Origin: Cyanophora paradoxa CCMP329
Taxonomy: Eukaryota > Plantae > Glaucophyta
Direction of reading: 5' to 3'
DNA length: 64,000 bases
NCBI GenBank assembly: GCA_004431415.1
Contig: QPMI01000066.1
Span: 186,001-250,000, forward strand
In this document: positions 1-11,886 of the stretch, one piece after another
Numbering within the stretch: position 1 is the stretch's first letter
Layout: every line of letters starts with the position of its first letter
Notes under the pieces: model-generated
Told to the model about the DNA's origin: nothing
What the model saw: the letters and a program-made list of their open reading frames with translations, nothing else
The model's database searches: none
Position numbers and translations under genes: made by a program

Positions 1-318
1 GCTTGAGCAGAACAAGGTCCGCAGCGCTCTTTGAAGCTTAAAGCTAAAAGCTTAAAGCTACAAGCTTCCTAGCGGGGCCTTCTTCTTATTTGGATTGCGC
101 TCGACGCATCACGCTTAGAGCTTCCTAGAGCGCGATAGGGGCGGGGTGGGACGCTCGCGGCCTCCCGGCGCGGCCTCCAACGCGATCCCGACGGCGACGC
201 TCGCTCTCCCGTTCCCCGCGCGGCCTAAGCTCTAGGATCTAGCAGGCTTTGCAGCGGGATCCAGTAGGATCTCGCATGTAGGTTTTCCGCTCGCTCACCC
301 GTACCCCCCCCCCCTCAG

Positions 319-3300
319 GTCTGGCGCGCCCTTCGCGCCGGAGGCGCCGGCGTCGTCGTGCGCGCCCGCGTACCCCCCCCTCGTCCTCCTGTCCCCCCCC
401 TGACGCCCGCCCGCGCCCCGCAGAGCGTGTTCGGGGTGGGCGGCCTCTTTTCCTTCCGCCCCGCCCCGCCTGGCGCGCCGCGGCTGAGTGTGCCCCCCCC
501 CCCCCCCCCCCTCCCCGCTTCGTTCGCAGCACATCTCGTTCATCGCGTCGACGACGTACGTGGGGGGCGCCTCGGACGGGTACTCGGCCCTCGGCGACGC
601 CCTCAGTGCGCCCCGCCTTTCCGCCCCCTCCCCCGTTCCGCTTCGCCCGCCTCGCTTCGCGCCCTGGACGCCTCCGCTTCGGACGCCGGCTGACGCCGCC
701 TGCTCTTCCCCTCAGACTGGGCGCTGATGCGGCCGACGGACGCGCCGTGGGTCAAGCCCCGCACCGAGAGGACCCGCACCGTCACCATCGTCGACGCGGT
801 GAGTGGGCCCGCCAGATCGTACAAAAGAGATCCCACTGGAAGTTCCATGCTCGCCGCTCCGCTCGCCCGCTCGCGTCGCTTGACGGCCGCCGCCCGTGCG
901 CGCGCAGGACGGCTTCATCGTGTCGCGGGAGACGGTCAAGCTGGCGGCGGCGGCGCGGCGGCACCTGCTCCAGGGCAACGGCACGGCGGCCGCGGCGACG
1001 CCGCCGGCGCTGGCGGACCCCTCGGTCTTCAAGCAGCCCTTCACGGTCACGCAGCTCGAGACGGTGGTGAACCTCAAGACCTACGAGGACAAGGTACCCC
1101 CCCCTTCCCCTCCCCCCCGCCCGGCCGCCCGCCCTCTTTCCAGGGCGCCCCTCCTGACGGCGCCGCGCCCGTCCCCGCCCCGCCCGCGCAGGTCTTCGAC
1201 GACCTCACCACCGTCCTCTTCTGGACCACGGTGCGCGGAGCCGGGCCCCTTAGAAGCGGTGGAAGGAGAAGAAGAAGCAGCAGTGGGCCGGCCGGCGGCC
1301 GGCCGGCTCACGGACGCCCACGCACTAGATCCCCCTTAGAAGGCCCCTTAGAAGCAGTAGAAGAACTCGGCCCCTAGGACGCCCTAGGCTGACGCGCGGA
1401 ACTAGGCCCCTTAGAAGCAGTAGAAGAAGCAGATCCCGTCACGCTGACAAGCGGGCGCCGGGCTGGGGGGCCCCCCTCGGCGGCCAACGGCCGGCTCACG
1501 GGCGCCCGCGCCCTAGAGTCTACCTAGTAGCGAGAGTCCTACATCGCGCCGGGCCGCTGACAGGGGTGACCCCGCCAGATCGTGCTGGTGTTCATCCAGA
1601 CGCTGCGGGCCCTCGCGTACCTGCTCTGCCGGAAAGTCTTCGCCAAGTACACGGGGGGCCAGGTCCCCCACACCTTCGTGCGCCCCGCCCCTCCCTCCCC
1701 TTCCCTTTATGGTGTGGGCGCGCGGCCCGGGGGAGGGGGAGAGGCCACAAAGAGCTTGGGGGGGGGGGGGGGGGGGGGGGGGGGAGGTCCCTTCCCTTCC
1801 TATCCTCATAAAGAAAGGAGAGGTCGTAAAGGTCCCCCGCACCTTCGCGCGCGCCCCCTTCCTCCCCTCCCTTCCCTTCCCTTTCTATCCTTTGTGACCC
1901 CTCCCCCGCGCAGCTCTTCCCGAACATCGAGCTGGAGTTCGTGCAGATCATCATCCCGGGGCTCACGCTCCACGCCGCCCTCGTCCTCTCCCGCGGCCAG
2001 GAGTGGCACCGCGCCATCGCAGGCCTCGTCCTCGTGCGCACCTCGCCCCTCGCCCGCCGAACCAGATCCCAGCGCCCCTTGTTGGACCAGCTGAGCTTAG
2101 CGTGGCTTATTTATAATCCTAACCTAGCACTCTTAATTGTACTAGCGCTCTGTCCTAGCGTCCTAGCTTCCTAGCGCCATCGCAGGCCTCGTCCTCGTGC
2201 GCCCTCGCACCTTGCGCGAGAGTTACTTACTACGAGGAGCGCTATCATCTAATCAGGCTAGAATAACTAAGCCAACTAAGCGCCGGGAATCAGGCCAATT
2301 AAGCTAACTAAGCTTCCCCATGAGCCCTTGATTAGTACTCTTGATCGCTGTTCTGAGCTTCGGCGCCGCGCCGCAGGCGCTCATCCCGATCCTCTTCATC
2401 GTATCCTCGTGGATCGTCCTCAAGTGGGGCATCGCCCAGCGCCTCTTCATCGTCTTCATCGTGCGCCGTACCCCCCCCCCCCCCCCCCCCCGCCCTCCTC
2501 TTCCGCCCCCTCGAGCCGGCCCCTTCCTCCCTTCTCGGCTCGCAGCCGCGCTGGCGGCTGCAGGAGATCGCGAAGGAGATCGCCGACGAGGAGGCGGCGC
2601 TCGACGCGGAGGCCGACGAGGCGCGTACCCCCCCCCTCAGCTCACCTGAGCTGAGCCCGGCTCACCTGAGCGGCGGCAGGTGGCTCGGACGGCGTCGGGG
2701 AACTACAAGGGGCAGCCGGCGCCGGCGCCCGGGCGCCGGACCTCGGCGACGGCGGCCGAAGGGATCATCCCGGGCCTCCTCGCGAGCTCGCGCAACAACC
2801 ACGGGCGCCGCCGCTCGTACCCCCGCTCCGGCTCCGTCGGCAGCACGGGCGAGGCGGACGCGGCGGCGGCGGCGGCGCTGGCGGAGGGCGCCGCGCCGGC
2901 GACGCCCGCGGCGAACGGGAGGCTCCTGCGGTCGGACTCGGTGGCGGGGGCCCTGGCGCAGCGCTCGGCCTCGAAGCGGGACCTTGGCAAGGGAGTCGGC
3001 GGCGGCGGCGGGCAGGGGAACCCGGTGGTCGTGGCGGCGGGGCCGGCCCCGGACGCGATGCTCGACTCGGACAGCGACGTCACGTTCGACAGCGAGGGGC
3101 GGCCCCAGCGCCGCTCCTGGCTCGGCCGCCTCTGGTTCCGCTGGCTCCGCTTCGAGAAGAAGTGCGTCCGCGGCGAGTGGCACCGGTGCGCCTACCCCCC
3201 TTCCCCCCCCCCCCCCCCCCTTCTGCCCCGACGGACGGGGGCGTGGCGGGGGGTGCAGGACCAAGTTCGACCGCGGCTTCTACTCGTACCGCTTCACCCC

Positions 3301-4897
3301 CCTCTACGAGAACTTCGCGTACTCCCGCTTCGTGCGTCCGTACCCCCTGCTTTGCCCCCCCCCCCCCTCGAGCCTTTTTTCAGGCCTACTTCGGAGCCGT
3401 TCTGGACGCCCTAAAGAAGTTCTCCGTCTGCCTGGTCCTCGGTGCGTGTGATCGAACGAAGTTCCTCGCGTACCCCGTACCCCCCTCCTCCCAACGCTTC
3501 GTTCGCAGGGCTGTTCGCGTACGACGCGGACAGCGACCCCCGGGTGCAGACGAACGAGATCATCATCCTCATCACGTTCACCTTCGCGCACGTCCTCTAC
3601 CTGCTCGTCTGCCAGCCCTACGTCGACCGGTACCCCCCCTCCCTGTACTATGCTCTGCCTCTCTCTGAGCTCCGGTCCGCCTCGGCGCAGGATCGAGAAC
3701 TGGGTGCAGACGTTCGCGGGGTGCATGGAGGGCGCCGTCTTCGTCGTCATGATCTACGCAGCCCGCGGCGACAACTCCGACGTGCGCCCGCCGGGCCGGC
3801 GCGGGCCGGGCCCCTCGCGAGACGCGTCGGGAACCCTGCTAGATCCTGTTTGATCCTACTCGAAAACCCACTAGGCCCTAGATGCTCTTAGAAACCCAAC
3901 TTGATCCTATCATTAGGAACCTCGCTAGAGACCCCGCTTGTCCGAAAGCTTTTGAGAACAGCCCACCGCCGTCCGCCGCCCCCGCCCTCGCCCCTGGGCT
4001 GACCACCACCCGACTCGCCCGACTCCGCACGCAGCGGCTGAAAACCTACTAGGCCCTAGATGCTTTTAGAACTCGTTAGCCTCTCTTCTGGGCTGACCGC
4101 CCGACTCGCCCGACTCCGCACTCCGCAGCGGCTGACGAACGCGCTCTTCGCGATCTCGATCGTGATGACGGTCTGCCTCGTCGTCAACCAGCTCCGCGCC
4201 CTGCGCGACATCGTCTCCGTGCGCCTTGCCCGCCCCCCCCGGGCCCAGTGCGGTTTGAATACTGTTAGGCCGTGATATAATTAGGTTTTAAACCGAAGTA
4301 GATCATACTTATCCGAGCCTCCTTGTGTGCGTCGGGGCGGCTCGGGTCGCTGAGCCCCGCCGCAGAAAGTGTGGGGCGGCCTGCGGGCCGCGAAGCGGAG
4401 CACGGTGGCCCGCACGCTCTCGCGCAAGGTCAGCCGCAAGCCCAGCACCCGATCCGGCCGCGGCGTGCGCACGCTTCTCTTCCCCCTACACTTCGCTACG
4501 CGTCGCTACGCGTCGCGTGCGACGCTCACGCTGCCGCGCGCAGAGCGCCGGCGGGTCCATGCGCGGGCCGGCGCCGCCCGCGCCGGCATCGCTGGAGCTG
4601 CGGCCGCTGCCGGCGCCGCCGGCGCCGCCCTCGCCGCTGGTGGGGCCGCGCGGGGGCCCGCCGCTCTCCTTCCAGGACCGGCTCGACGCCGTCGCCGACG
4701 CGGCGGAGACGCCGCCGCCGCTGCGGCGCGCCCCGCCGCGCCTCTTCAAGACGGAGGAAGAAGTCCTTCAGATGCGCTTCGGGGACGGCGAGGCGCCGCC
4801 CCTCGCGGCGCCCCCCGAGGGGCCCGAGGCCGAGGATGACGACGGCGAGGGCCTGGGCATGGGGCCCGACGGCGTCCCACTCCTCCCCTCGAACTAA
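319..4897 (+). CDS. Multi-exon polytopic membrane protein, TRP-like (FLC/Pkd2-type) C-terminal half; 5' end probably upstream of the window
   Basis: Spliced exons give hydrophobic helices and a typical motif order: HISFIASTTYVGG..ALGDALNWAL, LFPNIELEFVQIIIPG, YRFTPLYENF..YFGAVLDALKKFSVCLVLGLF..EIIILITFTFAHVLYLLVCQPYVDRIENWVQTF. About 15 introns; Pro-rich tail ends LLPSN* at 4897. Family call is from motif recall. Confidence 0.65.
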
Positions 4898-5309
4898 CTA
4901 GCCGGCCATGGCACATGCACATGCACAGCAGCCCAGCTCGCGCGCGCGCGTGCGCAGGCCGCAATAGAGCTAGCTAGCTATAGCCTTCAGATTGCGAAGT
5001 CGCTTTCCTTTCACCTGCCCCGCATCGCCCGAAGGTAGCTTATCGTCATTGCCGCCATATATACGCAGTACTAGTCCGCGCTTATGTATTCGTAATCAGT
5101 TTAACTTGCGCGTGCTTAAGTTTAGCAATGATACCACAAATTCACATTGCCCGGCCACTAAATGCTATGTAAAGGCACTAGTACTTATTATTATCGCCAA
5201 ATGGAGAGACGATAACTGGGGGAGACAATAACCTTACAAGCTGAGAATTCGAATTACGAAGTACCCATCATCGAGCCTAAATTAATAGAATTCGATATTC
5301 GAATATATA

Positions 5310-5904
5310 TTGAGTCACAGCTGCAGCTTGCGTTTCGCCCCTCCTCTTATACTGCCGATTCCGAGTCTGCACCCGAGCTCTGCCCCTTTCCTCGTGTCGT
5401 CCCCAGTTCCTCAGATTAGTCTTCAGCCGTCCATTGTTTTACCAACTCTACAATCTCGATTCCGTTTAGACACTCCGCCAGCTTCGACTTTCCCCTCTAG
5501 TGGTGTCCTACGTTTCGCCTCTCCTACTGTTCTACCGCCTTTGCCTCCTGCGACTACGTCTTCTAGTTCTGCTGTTAGCTCTGTCTTGTCGTCTTCGTCT
5601 AGATCTTCGTCTTCGACTGTAGTTCCTCGTGCTCGTTCTCCTTATTTGCTGCGTCCCCGTGCTCCTCGTCGTTCTAGTGTGACTAGTACTTCTGCATCGA
5701 CGCCCTTGAGCTCTTCTACTCCTTCTCCTCGTGCTCGTTCTCCTTATCTTTTGCGTTCTTCTGATCGTGTCCTTTCTCGTGATCCCTCTTGATTCTGTAT
5801 ATATTTTGTGCTAGTTTACTGTATCTTTGATTTGTGATTGCTTTGTTGTCTTTAATATCACTACCTACGGGGGGTTCGCCCCACCGTAGTCTCTCAAAAA
5901 AAAA
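5310..5904 (+). mobile_element. Possible 5'-truncated non-LTR retroelement 3' end (Ser/Pro-rich ORF tail, stem-loop, A-tract)
   Basis: Intronless, lower-GC ORF with RARSPYLLR twice. It is followed by the hairpin CTACGG-GGGG-TTCG-CCCC-A-CCGTAG (~5864-5889) and A9 at 5896-5904. No RT motifs are visible. Confidence 0.25.
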
Positions 5905-5928
5905 TGCAGAATATGAGTCACATAATAA

Positions 5929-7070
5929 TTGCAAGGGGGGAAAGAAGACCGAAGGTCTTCCCCCCTTGCTTCCCGTTCCCTCGCTTCAGCCAAAAGTTTT
6001 CTATGAGGCCGTTTTCGAGGTCCAGTTTGCAACGAAAATGTGCCGTTATTCGCGATCTGATTGGCTCGGTGGACCGGTCAGCTTTCGAGCTCGCGAGAGC
6101 TCTCTCGAACTCGCGAGAAGTGGTCTGAGAGGGGAAAACCAATTTTTCACTACCTTCGGGCTCTTCCTTCCGCGGTTCTGCATGGAACCAGTTCTCCCTA
6201 TATATATAGCTAGCTGTCTCCTCTAGATTTCGAATTCGGCTTCCTCGCAGTGCGTCGCGTACGCCTTGGGAACCAGTTCTCCCTAGCTGTCTCCTCTAGA
6301 TTTCGGCTTCGTCGCAGAGCGTCGCGTACGCCTTGCTCTTCGTTGCGCGGTTCTGCATACAACCACAGTGCGTGTGTACTTCCTAGCTGTCTCCTCTAGA
6401 TTTCCGCTTCGTATTCCTTGCAGTGCGCCGCGTACGCCGCACGGTATCCGTGCCGCCTGGACTACTTTTGACTGCACCGCTGCCTATAGCTAGCTGCCGC
6501 AGTGCGCCGTTGATCGCAGCCGAGGACGCCAGGCCGTCCAGACTGTCATCTCTTGCTGCGCCGAATACGTCTGCGAAATCGAGTTTATACCGCAGTTTTG
6601 CGTGCGCCGCTGCCCGCAGCCGAGCACGCTGGCCGCGGCCCGGCCCGGCGCTTTTGTTGCGCTTGCGCGCGGTTGCCACTCCGCTGCACGGCTTCTCCGA
6701 CTGGCGGCGGTGCTTGCTTCCGGCTACTAGGCTAGCAGCTTCGCGAGATTGCGCACTAGATGGGGCGGCGATCTAGATCTGCAGCCGCTTCTGTGCCCGG
6801 AGATACAGTGCGCTCAATCTGGCCGTTCATTCAGGCTTTTCTTTATTCGGTTAGATCGCAGCCTCTGCATAACTTAGTAACAGCCCTTTTCTACTCTTTA
6901 CAATCATATATAATCTGTCTCTATCTTTACTACTTCAACCAGCCGCGCGCGCTGGGCCGGGGTCGATCTACATCTGCCCCGTGCATGTTCGTGCCACTAC
7001 TACTCTTTCATTAGATCCAGATTCCCCCCTTGCACCCCCGGCGCGCCAAAACGCGGCCGGGCCACTAGTT
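5929..7070 (+). mobile_element. Non-autonomous Helentron/Helitron2 (DINE-1/HINE-like) element
   Basis: 13-bp subterminal IR TGCAAGGGGGGAA (5930-5942) / TTCCCCCCTTGCA (7022-7034). An internal IR at 5958-5969 pairs with the 5' subTIR. Central tandem repeats lie at 6186-6440, and a 3' GC hairpin at ~7037-7061 is followed by CTAGTT. Confidence 0.6.
6186..6440. repeat. Three imperfect tandem units (core CTAGCTGTCTCCTCTAGATTTC...CGCGTACGCC)
   Basis: The core recurs at ~6210, ~6283 and ~6383. Confidence 0.85.
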
Positions 7071-7615
7071 ATAAACCAATGAGAGCAATATATGCTGGAT
7101 GATGATCCGGAAATCTATTTGCAATACGGTACCTATTTACAAAAAGAATACTAGCTTACGTACTAGTACTAGAACTACACGCGCACTGTAGCGCGGATCG
7201 GCCCTGGCGGACAAACCCTACAAAGTAATTGGAGAAGGATAGTATGCACTATTTTAAAGCTCTCCAAGATGCACGGCATTGCGTATATGATACACGGCAC
7301 GGCGAATTACATGGGCCCTCGACATGTCACAGTGTCGAATGATACAGATGGCCCTTCGGCATATAGACTTATTTACAGTTCTGCCAGGCTGCCGGAAATT
7401 TAAAGCTAATGAAAGAAGCGCGAGCAAATGTTGCAAAGTCAGAAATCGATAGAATGGGGAGATCGAGAAAGGACACTGTGGCCATGGCAATAGTAACGGC
7501 AAGGGGAAATGATCAAGATGCAAGCTACTTTTGAAATTTGCACGAAAAATCGGAATACGAGTCGGTGACCTTGATGATGCATACATGTACATATCAATGA
7601 TACTCTTCATGCGTT

Positions 7616-9135
7616 TTAAATCGTAGAAAGCTTCGGCGGACGGGGGTGAAGGGCGGCGTTGGCGGCGGCGAGCCTGCGCATTTGGATGACGCCGTCGGAG
7701 CAGCCGTGCCACGAGCTACGGGCGCGCTGGAACTGGGGGGTCGCCGCGTTGGGGTGCCTCGAGTCCCGCGGGGAAAGCGAAGGTTGCCACGCGGGGGCGG
7801 AAGCGACGGCGGCGGAGGGGGCGGCAGCTGCGGGAGCGGCGGGGACGGCTCCGCTGGCAGCCGCGTCCTTGGCCGCAAACGAGGTGCGGATGCGAACGAC
7901 CGCGCCAAGGGCGGCGCCCAAGGGGACCTGCTGCCAGGCGCGGAGAGGACGACGGATGCTCCGCACAGATGGGTCGAATTCGGCCGAGTCCGTGATAGCC
8001 TCGACAATCGCCCAAAGAAACTCAGCGACCGGTCTCCCCCCGCATGCAGGAAGCACACCTAATGAACAGACAATGAGGATTGATATACAGAAGTCAAAAT
8101 TGTCGTACAAATTCGACAAGCATCGCACATTTGACGGCGAGGCTGATCATGGACGTCGTAAAGCCCGAGAGAGAGATCGCTTCGCCGCCGCCGCAATCGG
8201 TGGCCCAGTCGTGCTGTGCGATGGCTGCTGCTTCGGTCTCGTTGAACGTTGTCCGGAGGCAGCGGTAGAGAGAAGCTGCGCACGTACGCGTGCACGCGCA
8301 ACTTTGAATATCAGTGCTTCGAATTCGGCCAAATGTAATTCCATGGCGACGTGCAATCATATATATCTGACGACAGATTGAAAAAGCAGTTACCGTGGAG
8401 GCGGCAGTATTGTTCCTTTGATAACACGCTCCTTGGCGTCGATCCGAGCACGGAAGCGGATGCTGAAGGCGATTTCACCGCGTCCCAAAGCTGCAAGGCG
8501 ACACTCAGAAATATTCTGATCAGAGAGATGAGGTACAAGCTCTCAAAAGCTCCCAATTTAGTCAAATGAAAGTCAAAGTCGACAAAACGCACGATCGACA
8601 ATGGCTTTTGAATGAGATGTTCGTCCGATCCAGAGTGCATGTGGTTGCAGTCGGCGCTTGCAATCGGAGGTGTGCACGTGTCCACGGCAGGAGCAGGCCG
8701 GGCTCGAGCAGCCCGCGGGCCTTCACGGCCACAGAAGGGCTTCGTTGAAGAATTCGAAGGTCTAGGCCTGGGCGCGCCAGCTGCGCATGCATATGCATGC
8801 GCAGCCGCAGGCGTCACGACCATCAGCATAGGTGCCACCGGTGGCGCCGAAGGCTCCGCGCCGGCGACTCGAGCCAGGGGCTTGCAATTGGCAGCATCGA
8901 GCTCGACGCGTGCGGTGACTTGCGCTGCTGCCGCCGCCACCGCCGGCGGCGGGTGCAAGGCATGCGCAGGCGATTCTACTGGCCATACGGACGGAGTTCG
9001 GATTTCGAGCGAGCTTGAGGCGTATTTCTCCGCGGCCGCAAGCGCATTCGCCGCGCACGTGTGCGGCACGGGCCGTCGCCGGCCGAACTCCAGCATTGCC
9101 GAAATGCGGTCGAGCGGCCGCAGCGGGCTGCGCAT
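7616..9135 (-). CDS. EF-hand-like uncharacterised protein, copy A (spliced; ends approximate)
   Basis: Exons LQLWDAVK..SVLSKEQYCRLHG / LRTTFNETEAAAIAQHDWATDCGGGEAISLSGFTTSMISLAVK / AEFLWAIVEAIT..RARSSWHGCSDGVIQMRRLAAANAAL are conserved at the amino-acid level with the copy at 39.6-41.0 kb. Confidence 0.6.
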
Positions 9136-9610
9136 GTTCGCTTTCCCGCTACGAAGCTATGAAGAACCGACCAGGAAGAAGAGAGAAGACAGGCCGGAAG
9201 CCACGATAAAGCTTGAAGAACGGAAGCCAGATCGCGACTCGGCATTGAGCGCAGTGAGTCTCAGAGTCTACCGCCAGACGGCGCCAGTTTACTGCCGGTA
9301 GTTCCGAAGTTCAACCGTTGAATTCGAACGCGTACGGCTCTCCGCTTCTCATATATATATCATAGTATATACCGTATATACATTGACTGCCGCGGACTCG
9401 GCGCGGAGACTGCGGCGGATCGGAGTCCCGGACTCCCGAGTCCCGGGCCTCCCGGCGACTCCCGGCCGAGTCCCGGCCCCCGGGACACTGCCATGACTGG
9501 CGGATCGGACGGCCACGGAGCTCGAGCGCAATTGCAAGCGGCTCGAGTCGAGCCGGACCCGGGACTCCGGCGCCGGACCGGCGGTCGGCTAGCGGAGCCT
9601 AGCCTGCCTA

Positions 9611-9897
9611 CCGTGTAGCACTATAATACCGCGCCCACTTAATTACCGCGGTACCAAATTACCGCGCCGAGAATTTGTTAAAACGCGGTAATTTGGTACC
9701 GCGGTAATATGCTGCAGCCAAGTTGCTCCATACAGTACCCCCCACAATTACCGACCCAGACAAGCCTCAAATTTTCGAAACGCGGTAATTTGCAATTTGG
9801 TACCGCGGTATTTTGGCCATGGCCACCCTCGGGCCGGAGTTTTTAAATTAACGCGATAATTTATGCCGCGGTAACTTAGTAATTTAGTGCCACACGG
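9611..9897. mobile_element. TA-flanked MITE (Tc1/mariner-like), CCGTGT family copy 1
   Basis: TA|CCGTGTAGCACTA ... TAGTGCCACACGG|TA (12/13 TIR match), with multiple subterminal CAAATTACCGCG/CGCGGTAATTTG repeats. Confidence 0.8.
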
Positions 9898-10351
9898 TAG
9901 GTCGATCGCGAGCCGCTTGACTCTTACTGAGTCTGTGACTCTACCGGTAAGTTGAATTTCGAAGTCGCTGCAGCCTGCAGCCTGCGCAGGCTGGCAGTGA
10001 GGCTGCAGCCTAACGTTAACTTACTAAGTCAGTAAATTAATGTATATTGTGAGCCGGCGCCTTTTTCGAAATAATTGATCATGAAGGAATCAAAGCCTTT
10101 CGAAAAGAAAATTCGGGAAACAACTTCGAAACTTTTCAAAAATGTTCGGGATTCATTTCCAGGCTCCGCGCCGAGTCCGCGCCGACTCCGCGGCCGAATC
10201 GATTGACTCGCGAGTCGCGACGTCGACTCCGAGTCGCGAGTCGCGAGACTCGCGACTCGGCGAGCTCCGGATCCGCCTCCGATCAGGGGCCCAGAGGCCC
10301 CAGGGCCCAGACAGCCTGAGACATGTACAGGGGGCCGGGCGGCCCGGGCCC

Positions 10352-10872
10352 CAGTGATGGGCACTTTATTAATAACGACTTTTATTAGTTAACTAATAAC
10401 TAATTAATAATACGTTATTAGTAAGGTCCCGGAACAGCCATTCTTATTAATAACGTTTATTAGTTTAGGGGGGTACTCATAGACACACCGTTTCTTGCAC
10501 TCTATGACGAATCTGTGCAAGCTAGAGCGATATAAAGCAGTTCTTTGCACGTCTAGAGACCTTCTGGGCACTTCTGCAGCTTGATATGATGCTCATAAGC
10601 TGATCAGACGGCAGCCCCAGACCATCCAGTACCCCCATGGTCGCACTTTGACCCTTTTATTCGACTCCCAACAGATATAGAAGGCCCTCGCAATATTAAG
10701 GCAGCTTATATAAGAGTGTTTAGCACCAGACACGCGCGGCAGCGCTCCTTCAACGCGTGGTTTCGCGCTTCTATGAGGAAGTAATTATTAATCTACTAAT
10801 AACTAATTATTAACTATTAATAATCATTCTTATAAAGCCCCATTTTTGGGTTTATTATTAATTCCATCACTG
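10352..10872. mobile_element. hAT-type MITE, 521 bp, copy 1
   Basis: TIR CAGTGATGG...CCATCACTG; 8-bp TSD CCGGGCCC at 10344-10351 and 10873-10880; near-identical to 41810-42330. Confidence 0.92.
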
Positions 10873-11886
10873 CCGGGCCCGGCCGGCCCGCCGCCGTCTA
10901 CCGGTACCGGCACCGAACCGGTACGGTACGGCGGTACCGGCGAGTCGGCGGCGACACGGCGGCGAGCTTCCAAAACTTCCGCGAAGCGGCGCGAACTTCG
11001 AATTCCGAAGAACAGGCCCACAGTGGCGAGTCACTGGCGACTTCCGACTCAAGTTCCGAGCTGGTAGTACTAGTAATCCGAAGACCCTACCGGGTAGCCT
11101 AGAAGGAGGCTAGGAGCCCGAGTCGGAGATTCGGAGTTCTTTTTAATTTCGGACCCCGGACTCACAGGGCCAGAGAGTCGGCGGAGAGTCGGAGACCGTC
11201 GGACTCCGCGGAGAGTTGCCGGAGAGTCGCCGCCGACTCGCCGGAGACTCGGAGGACTGTTGCAATTGTCGGTCCAGTCGACGGATGGACCGTCGGACCC
11301 TCGGACGCGCTCGTCGGTTCGGGAAGAAACACAGTCAAGTCCGAGCTCGAGTATCTCGGGAAGTGACGACACTGATCAGTGATCATGACGAGTCAAGCTT
11401 TGCCGGTACTGGCCCGGTAGCTATAGAGTCTTCTAGGATCTAGGTAGATTCTAGACTCGCGAGTCGCAAGTCGCGAAGTCGCCACTGATTGAATCTCATT
11501 TTGACTTGCGAGTTGAAATCGTAAGTTGTGATTCGACAAACCGACAAACCTGCATCGGCATTGGCCCTCTTTGGCCGCCGTTTCGATTGTCGTTAACTGG
11601 TGACGTCCATCTGATATGATCACTGAGTCATGAACATGAACAATTGCGGGCTTTTATTTCCGAATTCGAAACACTTTTTTGGTTTACTTGATCATGAACA
11701 CCTAGAATCATTGAATACCACTGAACCAATTCATTCATAGTCAGTTCCCCCGCACATTCAAGATTCTTCCCCATTTAAATACGACAATGTTGTACGTGTG
11801 TTGTTGAATTTTAGTCGACTTCAAATTCAAAAGGAATACGCAATTGCAATCGCAAAGAAATCTAGAAAGAGAGGGGGTACAACACG

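Noticed and set aside
424-529. Possible non-canonical splice donor after GGLFSF
   Set aside because: An in-frame GT donor exists earlier (GGG|GTGGGC) and a sequence error is also possible; it cannot be resolved without cDNA.
6186-6440. Spaced repeats resembling a CRISPR array (also 43618-43671 and 44892-45003)
   Set aside because: Only 2-3 units, spacers are related to each other or irregular, there are no cas genes, and the context is eukaryotic.
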